Assembly: GCA_964016885.1 (NCBI GenBank)
Contig: OZ024743.1
Span: forward strand, 333,126,001 to 333,190,000
Origin: Eledone cirrhosa
Lineage: Eukaryota
Direction: 5' to 3'
DNA length: 64,000 nucleotides
Numbering within the stretch: position 1 is the first letter of the stretch; every line of letters starts with the position of its first letter. Positions 40,901-54,700 of this stretch are shown piece by piece. The notes under the pieces are model-generated. The model worked only from the letters and a program-made list of their open reading frames with translations, did not search any database and had not been told where the DNA came from. The position numbers and the translations under genes are program-made.

Positions 40901-42740
40901 TTAGCTGTCGAGACACTGCATCCTTTAAAACCTCCATGGAACAAACTACCTACATCAGTTGTTAGCTGTTGAAACACTGCTTCCTTTAAAACCTCCATGG
41001 AACAAACTACCTACATCAGTTGTTAGCTGTTGAGACACTGCTTTCTTTAAAACCTCCATGGAACAAACTACCTGCATCAGTTGTTAGCTGTCGAGACACT
41101 GCATCCTTTAAAACCTCCATGGAACAAACTACCTGCATCAGTTGTTAGCTGTCGAGACACTGCATCCTTTAAAACCTCCATGGAACAAACTACCTGCATC
41201 AGTTATTAGCTGTCGAGACACTGCTTCCTTTAAAACCTCCATGGAACAAACTACCTGCATCAGTTGTCAGCTGTCGAGACACTGCATCCTTTAAAACCTC
41301 CATGGAACAAATTACCTGCATCAGTTGTTAGCTGTCGAGACACTGTATCCTTTAAAACCTCCATGGAACAAACTACCTGCATCAGTTGTTAGCTGTCATG
41401 ACACTGCATCCTTTAAAACCTCCATGGAACAAACTACCTGAATCAGTTGTTAGCTGTCGAGACACTGCATCCTTTAAAACCTCCATGGAACAAACTACCT
41501 GAATCAGTTGTTAGCTGTCGAGACACTGCATCCTTTAAAACCTCCATGGAACAAACTACCTGCATCAGTTGTTAGCTGTCGAAACACTGCATCCTTTAAA
41601 ACCTCCATGGAACAAACTACTTGCATCAGCTGTTAGCTGTCGAGACACTGCATCCTTTAAAACCTCCATGGAACAAACTACCTGCATCAGTTGTTAGCTG
41701 TCGAGACACTGCATCCTTTAAAACCTCCATGGATCAAACTACCTGCAACAGTTGCTAGCTGTCGAGACACTGCATCCGTTAAAACCTCCATGGAACAAAC
41801 TACCTACATCAGTTGTTAGCTGTCGAGACACTGCATCCTTTAAAACCTCCATGGAACAAACTACCTACATCAGTTGTTAGCTGTTGAAACACTGCTTCCT
41901 TTAAAACCTCCATGGAACAAACTACCTACATCAGTTGTTAGCTGTTGAGACACTGCTTCCTTTAAAACCTCCATGGAACAAACTACCTGCATCAGTTGTT
42001 AGCTGTCGAGACACTGCATCCTTTAAAACCTCCATGGAACAAACTACCTGCATCAGTTGTTAGCTGTTGAGACACTGCTTTCTTTAAAACCTCCATGGAA
42101 CAAACTACCTGCATCAGTTGTTAGCTGTCGAGACACTGCATCCTTTAAAACCTCCATGGAACAAACTACCTACATCAGTTGTTAGCTGTCGAGACACTGC
42201 ATCCGTTAAAACCTCCATGGAACAAACTACCTACATCAGTTGTTAGCTGTCGAGACACTGCATCCTTTAAAACCTCCATGGAACAAACTACCTACATCAG
42301 TTGTTAGCTGTTGAAACACTGCTTCCTTTAAAACCTCCATGGAACAAACTACCTACATCAGTTGTTAGCTGTTGAGACACTGCTTTCTTTAAAACCTCCA
42401 TGGAACAAACTACCTGCATCAGTTGTTAGCTGTCGAGACACTGCATCCTTTAAAACCTCCATGGAACAAACTACATGCATCAGTTGTTAGCTGTCGAGAC
42501 ACTGCATCCTTTAAAACCTCCATGGAACAAACTACCTGCATCAGTTATTAGCTGTCGAGACACTGCTTCCTTTAAAACCTCCATGGAACAAACTACCTGC
42601 ATCAGTTGTCAGCTGTCGAGACACTGCATCCTTTAAAACCTCCATGGAACAAATTACCTGCATCAGTTGTTAGCTGTCGAGACACTGTATCCTTTAAAAC
42701 CTCCATGGAACAAACTACCTGCATCAGTTGTTAGCTGTCG
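40080..42740 (+). repeat. Tandem duplication of a 22-monomer (1342-bp) unit
   Basis: GTTATTAG variant at 41205 and 42547 (1342 = 22x61), each with the same preceding series of variants. Confidence 0.85.
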
Positions 42741-43369
42741 AGACACTGCATCCTTTAAAACCTCCATGGAACAAACTACCTGCATCAGTTGTTAGCTGTC
42801 GAGACACTGCATCCTTTAAAACCTCCATGGAACAAACTACCTGCATCAGTTGTTAGCTGTCAGGACACTGCATCCTTTAAAACCTCCATGGAACAAACTA
42901 CCTGCATCAGTTGTTAGCTGTCGAGACACTGCATCCTTTAAAACCTCCATGGAACAAACTACCTGCATCAGTTGTTAGCTGTCGAGACACTGCATCCTTT
43001 AAAACCTCCATGGAACAAACTACCTGCATCAGTTGTTAGCTGTCGAAACACTGCATCCTTTAAAACCTCCATGGAACAAACTACCTGCATCAGTTGTTAG
43101 CTGTCGAAACACTGCATCCTTTAAAACCTCCATGGAACAAACTACCTGAATCAGTTGTTAGCTGTCGAGACACTGCATCCTTTAAAACCTCCATGGAACA
43201 AACTACCTGAATCAGTTGTTAGCTGTCGAGACACTGCATCCTTTAAAACCTCCATGGAACAAACTACCTGCATCAGTTGTTAGCTGTCGAAACACTGCAT
43301 CCTTTAAAACCTCCATGGAACAAACTACCTGAATCAGTTGTTAGCTGTCGAGACACTGCATCCTTTAAA

Positions 43370-45790
43370 ACCTCCATGGAACAAACTACCTACATCAGTT
43401 GTTAGCTGTCGAGACACTGCATCCTTTAAAACCTCCATGGACAAACTACCTGCATCAGTTGTTAGCTGTCGAGACACTGCATCCTTTAAAACCTCCATGG
43501 AACAAACTACCTGCATCAGTTGTTAGCTGTTGAGACACTGCATCCTTTAAAACCTCCATGGAACAAACTACCTGCATCAGTTGTTAGCTGTCGAGACACT
43601 GCATCCTTTAAAACCTCCATGGAACAAACTACCTGCATCAGTTGTTAGCTGTCGAGACACTGCATCCTTTAAAACCTCCATGGAACAAACTACCTGCATC
43701 AGTTGTTAGCTGTCGAAACACTGCATCCTTTAAAACCTCCATGGAACAAACTACCTGAATCAGTTGTTAGCTGTCGAGACACTGCATCCTTTAAAACCTC
43801 CATGGAACAAACTACCTTCATCAGTAGTTAGCTGTCGAGACACTGCATCCTTTAAAACCTCCATGGAACAAACTGCCTGTATCAGTTGTTAGCTGTCGAG
43901 ACACTGCATCCTTTAAAACCTCCATGGAACAAACTACCTACATCAGTTGTTAGCTGTCGAGACACTGCATCCTTTAAAACCTCCATGGAACAAACTACCT
44001 GCATCAGTTGTTAGCTGTCGAGACACTGCATCCTTTAAAACCTCCATGGAACAAACTACCTGCATCAGTTGTTAGCTGTCGAGACACTGCATCCTTTAAA
44101 ACCTCCATGGAACAAACTACCTGCATCAGTTGTTAGCTGTCGAGACACTGCATCCTTTAAAACCTTCATGGATCAAACTACCTGCAACAGTTGCTAGCTA
44201 TCGAGACACTGCATCCTTTAAAACCTCCATGGAACAAACTACCTACATCAGTTGTTAGCTGTCGAGACACTGCATCCTTTAAAACCTCCATGGAACAAAC
44301 TACCTACATCAGTTGTTAGCTGTCGAGACACTGCATCCTTTAAAACCTCCATGGAACAAACTACCTACATCAGTTGTTAGCTGTCGAGACACTGCTTCCT
44401 TTAAAACCTCCATGGAACAAACTACGCGCATCAGTTGTTAGCTGTCGAGACACTGCATCCTTTAAAACCTCCATGGAACAAACTACCTGAATCAGTTGTT
44501 AGCTGTCGAGACACTGCATCCTTTAAAACCTCCATGGAACAAACTACCTGCATCAGTTGTTAGCTGTCGAGACACTGCATCCTTTAAAACCTCCATGGAA
44601 CAAACTACTTGCATCAGCTGTTTGCTGTCGAGACACTGCATCCTTTAAAACCTCCATGGAACAAACTACCTGCATCAGTTGTTAGCTGTCGAGACACTGC
44701 ATCCTTTAAAACCTCCATGGATCAAACTACCTGCAACAGTTGCTAGCTGTCGAGACACTGCATCCGTTAAAACCTCCATGGAACAAACTACCTACATCAG
44801 TTGTTAGCTGTCGAGACACTGCATCCTATAAAACCTCCATGGAACAAACTACCTACATCAGTTGTTAGCTGTTGAAACACTGCTTCCTTTAAAACCTCCA
44901 TGGAACAAACTACCTACATCAGTTGTTAGCTGTTGAGACACTGCTTCCTTTAAAACCTCCATGGAACAAACTACCTGCATCAGTTGTTAGCTGTCGAGAC
45001 ACTGCATCCTTTAAAACCTCCATGGAACAAACTACCTGCATCAGTTGTTAGCTGTCGAGACACTGCATCCTTTAAAACCTCCATGGAACAAACTACCTGC
45101 ATCAGTTGTTAGCTGTCGAGACACTGCATCCTTTTAAACCTCCATGGAACAAACTACCTGCATCAGTAGTTAGCTGTCGAGACACTGCATCCTTTAAAAC
45201 CTCCATGGAACAAACTACCTGCATCAGTAGTTAGCTGTCGAGACACTGCATCCTTTAAAACCTCCATGTAACAAACTGCCTGATTCAGTTGTTAGCTGTC
45301 GAGACACTGCATCCTTTAAAACCTCCATGGAACAAACTACCTACATCAGTTGTTAGCTGTCGAGACACTGCATCCTTTAAAACCTCCATGGAACAAACTA
45401 CCTGCATCTGTTGTTAGCTGTCGAGACACTGCATCCTTTAAAACCTCCATGGAACAAACTACCTACATCAGTTGTTAGCTGTCGAGACACTGCATCCTTT
45501 AAAACCTGCATGGAACAAACTACCTGCATCAGTTGTTAGCTGTCGTGACACTGCATCCTTTAAAACCTCCATGGAACAAACTACCTGCATCAGTTCTTAG
45601 CTGTCGAAACACTGCATCCTTTAAAACCTCCATGGAACAAACTACCTGAATCAGTTGTTAGCTGTCGAGACACTGCATCCTTTAAAACCTCCATGGAACA
45701 AACTACCTGCATCAGTTGTTAGCTGTCGAGACACTGCATCCTTTAAAACCTCCATGGAACAAACTACCTACATCAGTTGTTAGCTGTCGA
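43370..45790 (+). repeat. Distant third copy of the about 2.4-kb block at about 9830-12250 and 14340-16630
   Basis: CTTCATGGATC, ACGCG (44424), GCTGTTTGCTG, CCTATAAAA, GTCGTGAC and GTTCTTAG occur in the same order. Offset to 10881 is 33543, matching ORF track 9791 vs 43334. Confidence 0.9.
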
Positions 45791-48700
45791 GACACTGCAT
45801 CCTTTAAAACCTCCATGGAACAAACTACCTGCATCAGTTGTTAGCTGTCGAGACACTGCATGCTTTAAAACCTCCATGGAACAAATTACCTGCATCAGTT
45901 GTTAGCTGTCGAGACACTGCATCCTTTAAAACCTCCATGGATCAAACTACCTGCAACAGTTGCTAGCTATCGAGACACTGCATCCTTTGAAACCTCCATG
46001 GAACAAACTACCTGCATCAGTTGTTAGCTGTCGAAACACTGCATCCTTTCAAACCTCCATGGAACAAACTACCTGAATCAGTTGTTAGCTGTCGAGACAC
46101 TGCATCCTTTAAAACCTCCATGGAACAAACTACCTACATCAGTTGTTAGCTGTCGAGACACTGCTTCCTTTAAAACCTCCATGGAACAAACTACCTGCAT
46201 CAGTTGTTAGCTGTCGAGACACTGCATCCTTTAAAACCTCCATGGAACAAACTACCTGCATCAGTTGTTAGCTGTCGAGACACTGCATCCTTTAAAACCT
46301 CCATGGAACAAACTTCCTGCATCAGTTGTTAGCTGTTGAGACACTGCTTCCTTTAAAACCTCCATGGAACAAACTACCTGCATCAGTTGTTAGCTGTCGA
46401 GACACTGCATCCTTTAAAACCTCCATGGAACAAACTACCTGCATCAGTTTTTAGCTGTCGAGACACTGCATCCTTTAAAACCTCCATGGAACAAACTACC
46501 TGCATCAGTTGTTAGCTGTCGAAACACTGCATCCTTTAAAACCTCCATGGAACAAACTACCTGAATCAGTTGTTAGCTGTCGAGACACTGCATCCTTTAA
46601 AACCTCCAAGGAACAAACTACCTGCATCAGTTGTTAGCTGTCGAGACACTGCATCCTTTAAAACCTCCATGGAACAAACTACCTGCATCAGTTGTTGCTG
46701 TCGAGACACTGCATCCTTTAAAACCTCCATGGAACAAACTACCTGAATCAGTTGTTAGCTGTCGAGACACTGCATCCTTTAAAACCTCCATGGAACAAAC
46801 TACCTGCATCAGTTGTTAGCTGTCGAGACACTGCATCCTTTAAAACCTCCATGGAACAAACTACCTGCATCAGTTGTTAGCTGTCGAGACACTGCATCCT
46901 TTAAAACCTCCATGGAACAAACTTCCTGCATCAGTTGTTAGCTGTTGAGACACTGCTTCCTTTAAAACCTCCATGGAACAAACTACCTGCATCAGTTGTT
47001 AGCTGTCGAGACACTGCATCCTTTAAAACCTCCATGGAACAAACTACCTGCATCAGTTGTTAGCTGTCGAGACACTGCATCCTTTAAAACCTCCATGGAA
47101 CAAACTACCTGCATCAGTTGTTAGCTGTCGAGACACTGCATCCTTTAAAACCTCCATGGATCAAACTACCTGCAACAGTTGCTAGCTGTCGAGACACTGC
47201 ATCCGTTAAAACCTCCATGGAACAAACTACCTACATCAGTTGTTAGCTGTTGAGACACTGCATCCTTTAAAACCTCCATGGAACAAACTACCTACATCAG
47301 TTGTTAGCTGTTGAGACACTGCTTCCTTTAAAACCTCCATGGAACAAACTACCTACATCAGTTGTTAGCTGTTGAGACACTGCTTCCTTTAAAACCTCCA
47401 TGGAACAAACTACCTGCATCAGTTGTTAGCTGTCGAGACACTGCATCCTTTAAAACCTCCATGGAACAAACTACCTGCATCAGTTGTTAGCTGTCGAGAC
47501 ACTGCATCCTTTAAAACCTCCATGGAACAAACTACCTGCATCAGTTGTTAGCTGTCGAGACACTGCATCCTTTAAAACCTCCATGGAACAAACTACCTGC
47601 ATCAGTTGTTAGCTGTCGAGACACTGCATCCTTTTAAACCTCCATGGAACAAACTACCTGCATCAGTAGTTAGCTGTCGAGACACTGCATCCTTTAAAAC
47701 CTCCATGGAACAAACTACCTGCATCAGTAGTTAGCTGTCGAGACACTGCATTCTTTAAAACCTCCATGGAACAAACTGCCTGATTCAGTTGTTAGCTGTC
47801 GAGACACTGCATCCTTTAAAACCTCAATGGAACAACTACCTACATCAGTTGTTAGCTGTCGAGACACTGCATCCTTTAAAACCTCCATGGAACAAACTAC
47901 CTGCATCAGTTGTTAGCTGTCGAGACACTGCATCCTTTAAAACCTCCATGGAACAAACTACCTGCATCAGTTGTTAGCTGTCGAAACACTGCATCCTTTA
48001 AAACCTCCATGGAACAAACTACCTGAATCAGTTGTTAGCTGTCGAGACACTGCATCCTTTAAAACCTCCATGGAACAAACTACCTGCATCAGTTGTTAGC
48101 TGTCGAGACACTGCATCCTTTAAAACCTCCATGGAACAAACTACCTACATCAGTAGTTAGCTGTCGAGACACTGCATCCTTTAAAACCTCCATGGAACAA
48201 ACTGCCTGTATCAGTTGTTAGCTGTCGAGACACTGCATCCTTTAAAACCTCCATGGAACAAACTACCTACATCAGTTGTTAGCTGTCGAGACACTGCATC
48301 CTTTAAAACCTCCATGGAACAAACTACCTGCATCAGTTGTTAGCTGTCGAGACACTGCATCCTTTAAAACCTCCGTGGAACAAACTACCTCCATCAGTTG
48401 TTAGCTGTCGAGACACTGCATCCTTTAAAACCTCCATGGAACAAACTACCTGCATCAGTTGTTAGCTGTCGAGACACTGCATCCTTTAAAACCTCCATGG
48501 AACAAACTACCTGCATCAGTTATTAGCTGTCGAGACACTGCATCCTTTAAAACCTCCATGGAACAAACTGCCTGTATCAGTTGTTAGCTGTCGAGACACT
48601 GCATCCTTTAAAACCTCCATGGAACAAACTACCTACATCAGTTGTTAGCTGTCGAGACACTGCATCCTTTAAAACCTCCATGGAACAAACTACCTGCATC

Positions 48701-51700
48701 AGTTGTTAGCTGTCGAGACACTGCATCCTTTAAAACCTCCATGGAACAAACTACCTGCATCAGTTGTTAGCTGTCGAGACTCTGCATCCTTTAAAACCTC
48801 CATGGAACAAACTACCTGCATCAGTTGTTAGCTGTCGAGACACTGCATCCTTTAAAACCTCCATGGATCAAACTACCTGCAACAGTTGCTAGCTATCGAG
48901 ACACTGCATCCTTTAAAACCTCCATGGAACAAACTACCTACATCAGTTGTTAGCTGTCGAGACACTGCATCCTTTAAAACCTCCATGGAACAAACTACCT
49001 ACATCAGTTGTTAGCTGTCGAGACACTGCATCCTTTAAAACCTCCATGGAACAAACTACCTACATCAGTTGTTAGCTGTCGAGACACTGCTTCCTTTAAA
49101 ACCTCCATGGAACAAACTACCTGCATCAGTTGTTAGCTGTCGAGACACTGCATCCTTTAAAACCTCCATGGAACAAACTACCTGAATCAGTTGTTAGCTG
49201 TCGAGACACTGCATCCTTTAAAACCTCCATGGAACAAACTACCTGCATCAGTTGTTAGCTGTCGAGACACTGCATCCTTTAAAACCTCCATGGAACAAAC
49301 TACCTGCATCAGTTGTTAGCTGTCGAGACACTGCATCCTTTAAAACCTCCATGGAACAAACTACCTGCATCAGTTGTTAGCTGTCGAGACACTGCATCCT
49401 TTAAAACCTCCATGGATCAAACTACCTGCAACAGTTGCTAGCTGTCGAGACACTGCATCCGTTAAAACCTCCATGGAACAAACTACCTACATCAGTTGTT
49501 AGCTGTTGAAACACTGCTTCCTTTAAAACCTCCATGGAACAAACTACCTACATCAGTTGTTAGCTGTTGAGACACTGCATCCTTTAAAACCTCCATGGAA
49601 CAAACTACCTACATCAGTTGTTAGCTGTCGAGACACTGCTTCCTTTAAAACCTCCATGGAACAAACTACCTGCATCAGTTGTTAGCTGTCGAGACACTGC
49701 ATCCTTTAAAACCTCCATGGAACAAACTACCTGAATCAGTTGTTAGCTGTCGAGACACTGCATCCTTTAAAACCTCCATGGAACAAACTACCTGCATCAG
49801 TTGTTAGCTGTCGAGACACTGCATCCTTTAGAACCTCCATGGAACAAACTACCTGCATCAGTTGTTAGCTGTCGAGACACTGCATCCTTTAAAACCTCCA
49901 TGGATCAAACTACCTGCAACAGTTGCTAGCTGTCGAGACACTGCATCCGTTAAAATCTCCATGGAACAAACTACCTACATCAGTTGTTAGCTGTCGAGAC
50001 ACTGCATCCTTTAAAACCTCCATGGAACAAACTACCTACATCAGTTGTTAGCTGTTGAAACACTGCTTCCTTTAAAACCTCCATGGACAAACTACCTACA
50101 TCAGTTGTTAGCTGTTGAGACACTGCTTTCTTTAAAACCTCCATGGAACAAACTACCTGCATCAGTTGTTAGCTGTCGAGACACTGCATCCTTTAAAACC
50201 TCCATGGAACAAACTACCTGCATCAGTTGTTAGCTGTCGAGACACTGCATCCTTTAAAACCTCCATGGAACAAACTACCTGCATCAGTTGTTAGCTGTCG
50301 AGACACTGCATCCTTTTAAACCTCCATGGAACAAACTACCTGCATCAGTAGTTAGCTGTCGAGACACTGCACCCTTTAAAACCTCCATGGAACAAACTAC
50401 CTGCATCAGTAGTTAGCTGTCGAGACACTGCATCCTTTAAAACCTCCATGTAACAAACTGCCTGATTCAGTTGTTAGCTGTCGAGACACTGCATCCTTTA
50501 AAACCTCCATGGAACAAACTACCTACATCAGTTGTTAGCTGTCGAGACACTGCATCCTTTAAAACCTCCATGGAACAAACTACCTGCATCAGTTGTTAGC
50601 TGTCGAGACACTGCATCCTTTAAAACCTCCATGGAACAAACTACCTGCATCAATTGTTAGCTGTCGAGACACTGCATCCTTTAAAACCTCCATGGAACAA
50701 ACTACCTGCATCAGTTGTTAGCTGTCGAGACACTGCATCCTTTAAAACCTCCATGGAACAAACTACCTGCATCAGTTGTTAGCTGTCGAAACACTGCATC
50801 CTTTAAAACCTCCATCGAACAAACTACCTGAATCAGTTGTTAGCTGTCGAGACACTGCATCCTTTAAAACCTCCATGGAACAAACTACCTGCATCAGTTG
50901 TTAGCTGTCGAGACACTGCATCCTTTAAAACCTCCATGGAACAAACTACCTACATCAGTAGTTAGCTGTCGAGACACTGCATCCTTTAAAACCTCCATGG
51001 AACAAACTGCCTTTATCAGTTGTTAGCTGTCGAGACACTGCATCCTTTAAAACCTCCATGGAACAAACTACCTACATCAGTTGTTAGCTGTCGAGACACT
51101 GCATCCTTTAAAACCTCCATGGAACAAACTACCTGCATCAGTTGTTAGCTGTCGAGACACTGCATCCTTTAAAACCTCCATGGAACAAACTACCTGCATC
51201 AGTTGTTAGCTGTCGACACACTGCATCCTTTAAAACCTCCATGGAACAAACTACCTGCATCAGTTGTTAGCTGTCGAGACACTGCATCCTTTAAAACCTC
51301 CATGGATCAAACTACCTGCAACAGTTGCTAGCTATCGAGACACTGCATCCTTTAAAACCTCCATGGAACAAACTACCTACATCAGTTGTTAGCTGTCGAG
51401 ACACTGCATCCTTTAAAACCTCCATGGAACAAACTACCTACATCAGTTGTTAGCTGTCGAGACACTGCATCCTTTAAAACCTCCATGGAACAAACTACCT
51501 ACATCAGTTGTTAGCTGTCGAGACACTGCTTCCTTTAAAACCTCCATGGAACAAACTACCTGCATCAGTTGTTAGCTGTCGAGACACTGCATCCTTTAAA
51601 ACCTCCATGGAACAAACTACCTGAATCAGTTGTTAGCTGTCGAGACACTGCATCCTTTAAAACCTCCATGGAACAAACTACCTGCATCAGTTGTTAGCTG

Positions 51701-54700
51701 TCGAGACACTGCATCCTTTAAAACCTCCATGGAACAAACTACCTGCATCAGTTGTTAGCTGTCGAGACACTGCATCCTTTAAAACCTCCATGGAACAAAC
51801 TTCCTGCATCAGTTGTTAGCTGTTGAGACACTGCTTCCTTTAAAACCTCCATGGAACAAACTACCTGCATCAGTTGTTAGCTGTCGAGACACTGCATCCT
51901 TTAAAACCTCCATGGAACAAACTACCTGTATCAGTTGTTAGCTGTCGAGACACTGCATCCTTTAAAACCTCCATGGAACAAACTACCTGCATCAGTTGTT
52001 AGCTGTCGAGACACTGCATCCTTTAAAACCTCCATGGATCAAACTACCTGCAACAGTTGCTAGCTGTCGAGACACTGCATCCGTTAAAACCTCCATGGAA
52101 CAAACTACCTACATCAGTTGTTAGCTGTCGAGACACTGCATCCTTTAAAACCTCCATGGAACAAACTACCTACATCAGTTGTTAGCTGTTGAGACACTGC
52201 TTCCTTTAAAACCTCCATGGAACAAACTACCTACATCAGTTGTTAGCTGTTGAGACACTGCTTCCTTTAAAACCTCCATGGAACAAACTACCTGCATCAG
52301 TTGTTAGCTGTCGAGACACTGCATCCTTTGAAACCTCCATGGAACAAACTACCTGCATCAGTTGTTAGCTGTCGAGACACTGCATCCTTTAAAACCTCCA
52401 TGGAACAAACTACCTGCATCAGTTGTTAGCTGTCGAGACACTGCATCCTTTAAAACCTCCATGGAACAAACTACCTGCATCAGTTGTTAGCTGTCGATAC
52501 ACTGCATCCTTTTAAACCTCCATGGAACAAACTACCTGCATCAGTAGTTAGCTGTCGAGACACTGCATCCTTTAAAACCTGCATGGAACAAACTACCTGC
52601 ATCAGTTGTTAGCTGTCGAGACACTGCATCCTTTAAAACCTCCATGGAACAAACTGCCTGATTCAGTTGTTAGCTGTCGAGACACTGCATCCTTTAAAAC
52701 CTCAATGGAACAACTACCTACATCAGTTGTTAGCTGTCGAGACACTGCATCCTTTAAAACCTCCATGGAACAAACTACCTGCATCAGTTGTTAGCTGTCG
52801 AGACACTGCATCCTTTAAAACCTCCATGGAACAAACTACCTGCATCAGTTGTTAGCTGTCGAGACACTGCATCCTTTAAAACCTCCATGGAACAAACTAC
52901 CTGCATCAGTAGTTAGCTGTCGAGACACTGCATCCTTTAAAACCTCCATGGAACAAACTGCCTGTATCAGTTGTTAGCTGTCGAGACACTGCATCCTTTA
53001 AAACCTCCATGGAACAAACTACCTACATCAGTTGTTAGCTGTCGAGACACTGCATCCTTTAAAACCTCCATGGAACAAACTACCTGCATCAGTTGTTAGC
53101 TGTCGAGACACTGCATCCTTTAAAACCTCCATGGAACAAACTACCTGCATCAGTTGTTAGCTGTCGAGACACTGCATCCTTTAAAACCTCCATGGAACGA
53201 ACTACCTGCATCAGTTGTTAGCTGTCGAGACACTGCATCCTTTAAAACCTCCATGGAACAAACTACCTGCATCAGTTGTTAGCTGTCGAGACACTGCATC
53301 CTTTGAAACCTCCATGGAACAAACTACCTGCATCAGTTGTTAGCTGTCGAAACACTGCATCCTTTCAAACCTCCATGGAACAAACTACCTGCATCAGTTG
53401 TTAGCTGTCGAGACACTGCATCCTTTAAAACCTCCATGGAACAAACTACCTGCATCAGTTGTTAGCTGTCGAGACACTGCATCCTTTAAAACCTCCATGG
53501 AACAAACTACCTGCATCAGTTGTTAGCTGTCGAGACACTGCATCCTTTAAAACCTGCATGGAACAAACTACCTGCATCAGTTGTTAGCTGTCGAGACACT
53601 GCATCCTTTAAAACCTCCATGGATCAAACTACCTGCAACAGTTGCTAGCTATCGAGACACTGCATCCTTTAAAACCTCCATGGAACAAACTACCTACATC
53701 AGTTGTTAGCTGTCGAGACACTGCATCCTTTAAAACCTCCATGGAACAAACTACCTACATCAGTTGTTAGCTGTCGAGACACTGCTTCCTTTAAAACCTC
53801 CATGGAACACACTACCTACATCAGTTGATAGCTGTCGAGACACTGCTTCCTTTAAAACCTCCATGGAACAAACTACCTGCATCAGTTGTTAGCTGTCGAG
53901 ACACTGCATCCTTTAAAACCTCCATGGAACAAACTACCTGAATCAGTTGTTAGCTGTCGAGACACTGCATCCTTTAAAACCTCCATGGAACAAACTACCT
54001 GCAACAGTTGCTAGCTGTCGAGACACGGCATCCGTTAAAACCTCCATGGAACAAACTACCTACATCAGTTGTTAGCTGTCGAGACACTGTATCCTTTAAA
54101 ACCTCCATGGAACAAACTACCTACATCAGTTGTTAGCTGTTGAAACACTGCTTCCTTTAAAACCTCCATGGAACAAACTACCTACATCAGTTGTTAGCTG
54201 TTGAGATACTGCTTCCTTTAAAACCTCCATGGAACAAACTACCTGCATCAGTTGTTAGCTGTCGAGACACTGCATCCTTTAAAACCTCCATGGAACAAAC
54301 TACCTGCATCAGTCGTTAGCTGTCGAGACACTGCATCCTTTAAAACCTCCATGGAACAAACTACCTGCATCAGTTGTTAGCTGTCGAGACACTGCATCCT
54401 TTAAAACCTGCATGGAACAAACTACCTGCATCAGTTGTTAGCTGTCGAGACACTGCATCCTTTAAAACCTCCATGGATCAAACTACCTGCAACAGTTGCT
54501 AGCTATCGAGACACTGCATCCTTTAAAACCTCCATGGAACAAACTGCCTTCATCAGTTGTTAGCTGTCGAGACACTGCATCCTTTAAAACCTCCATGGAA
54601 CAAACTACCTACATCAGTTGTTAGCTGTCGAGACACTGCTTCCTTTAAAACCTCCATGGAACAAACTACCTACATCAGTTGTTAGCTGTCGAGACACTGC

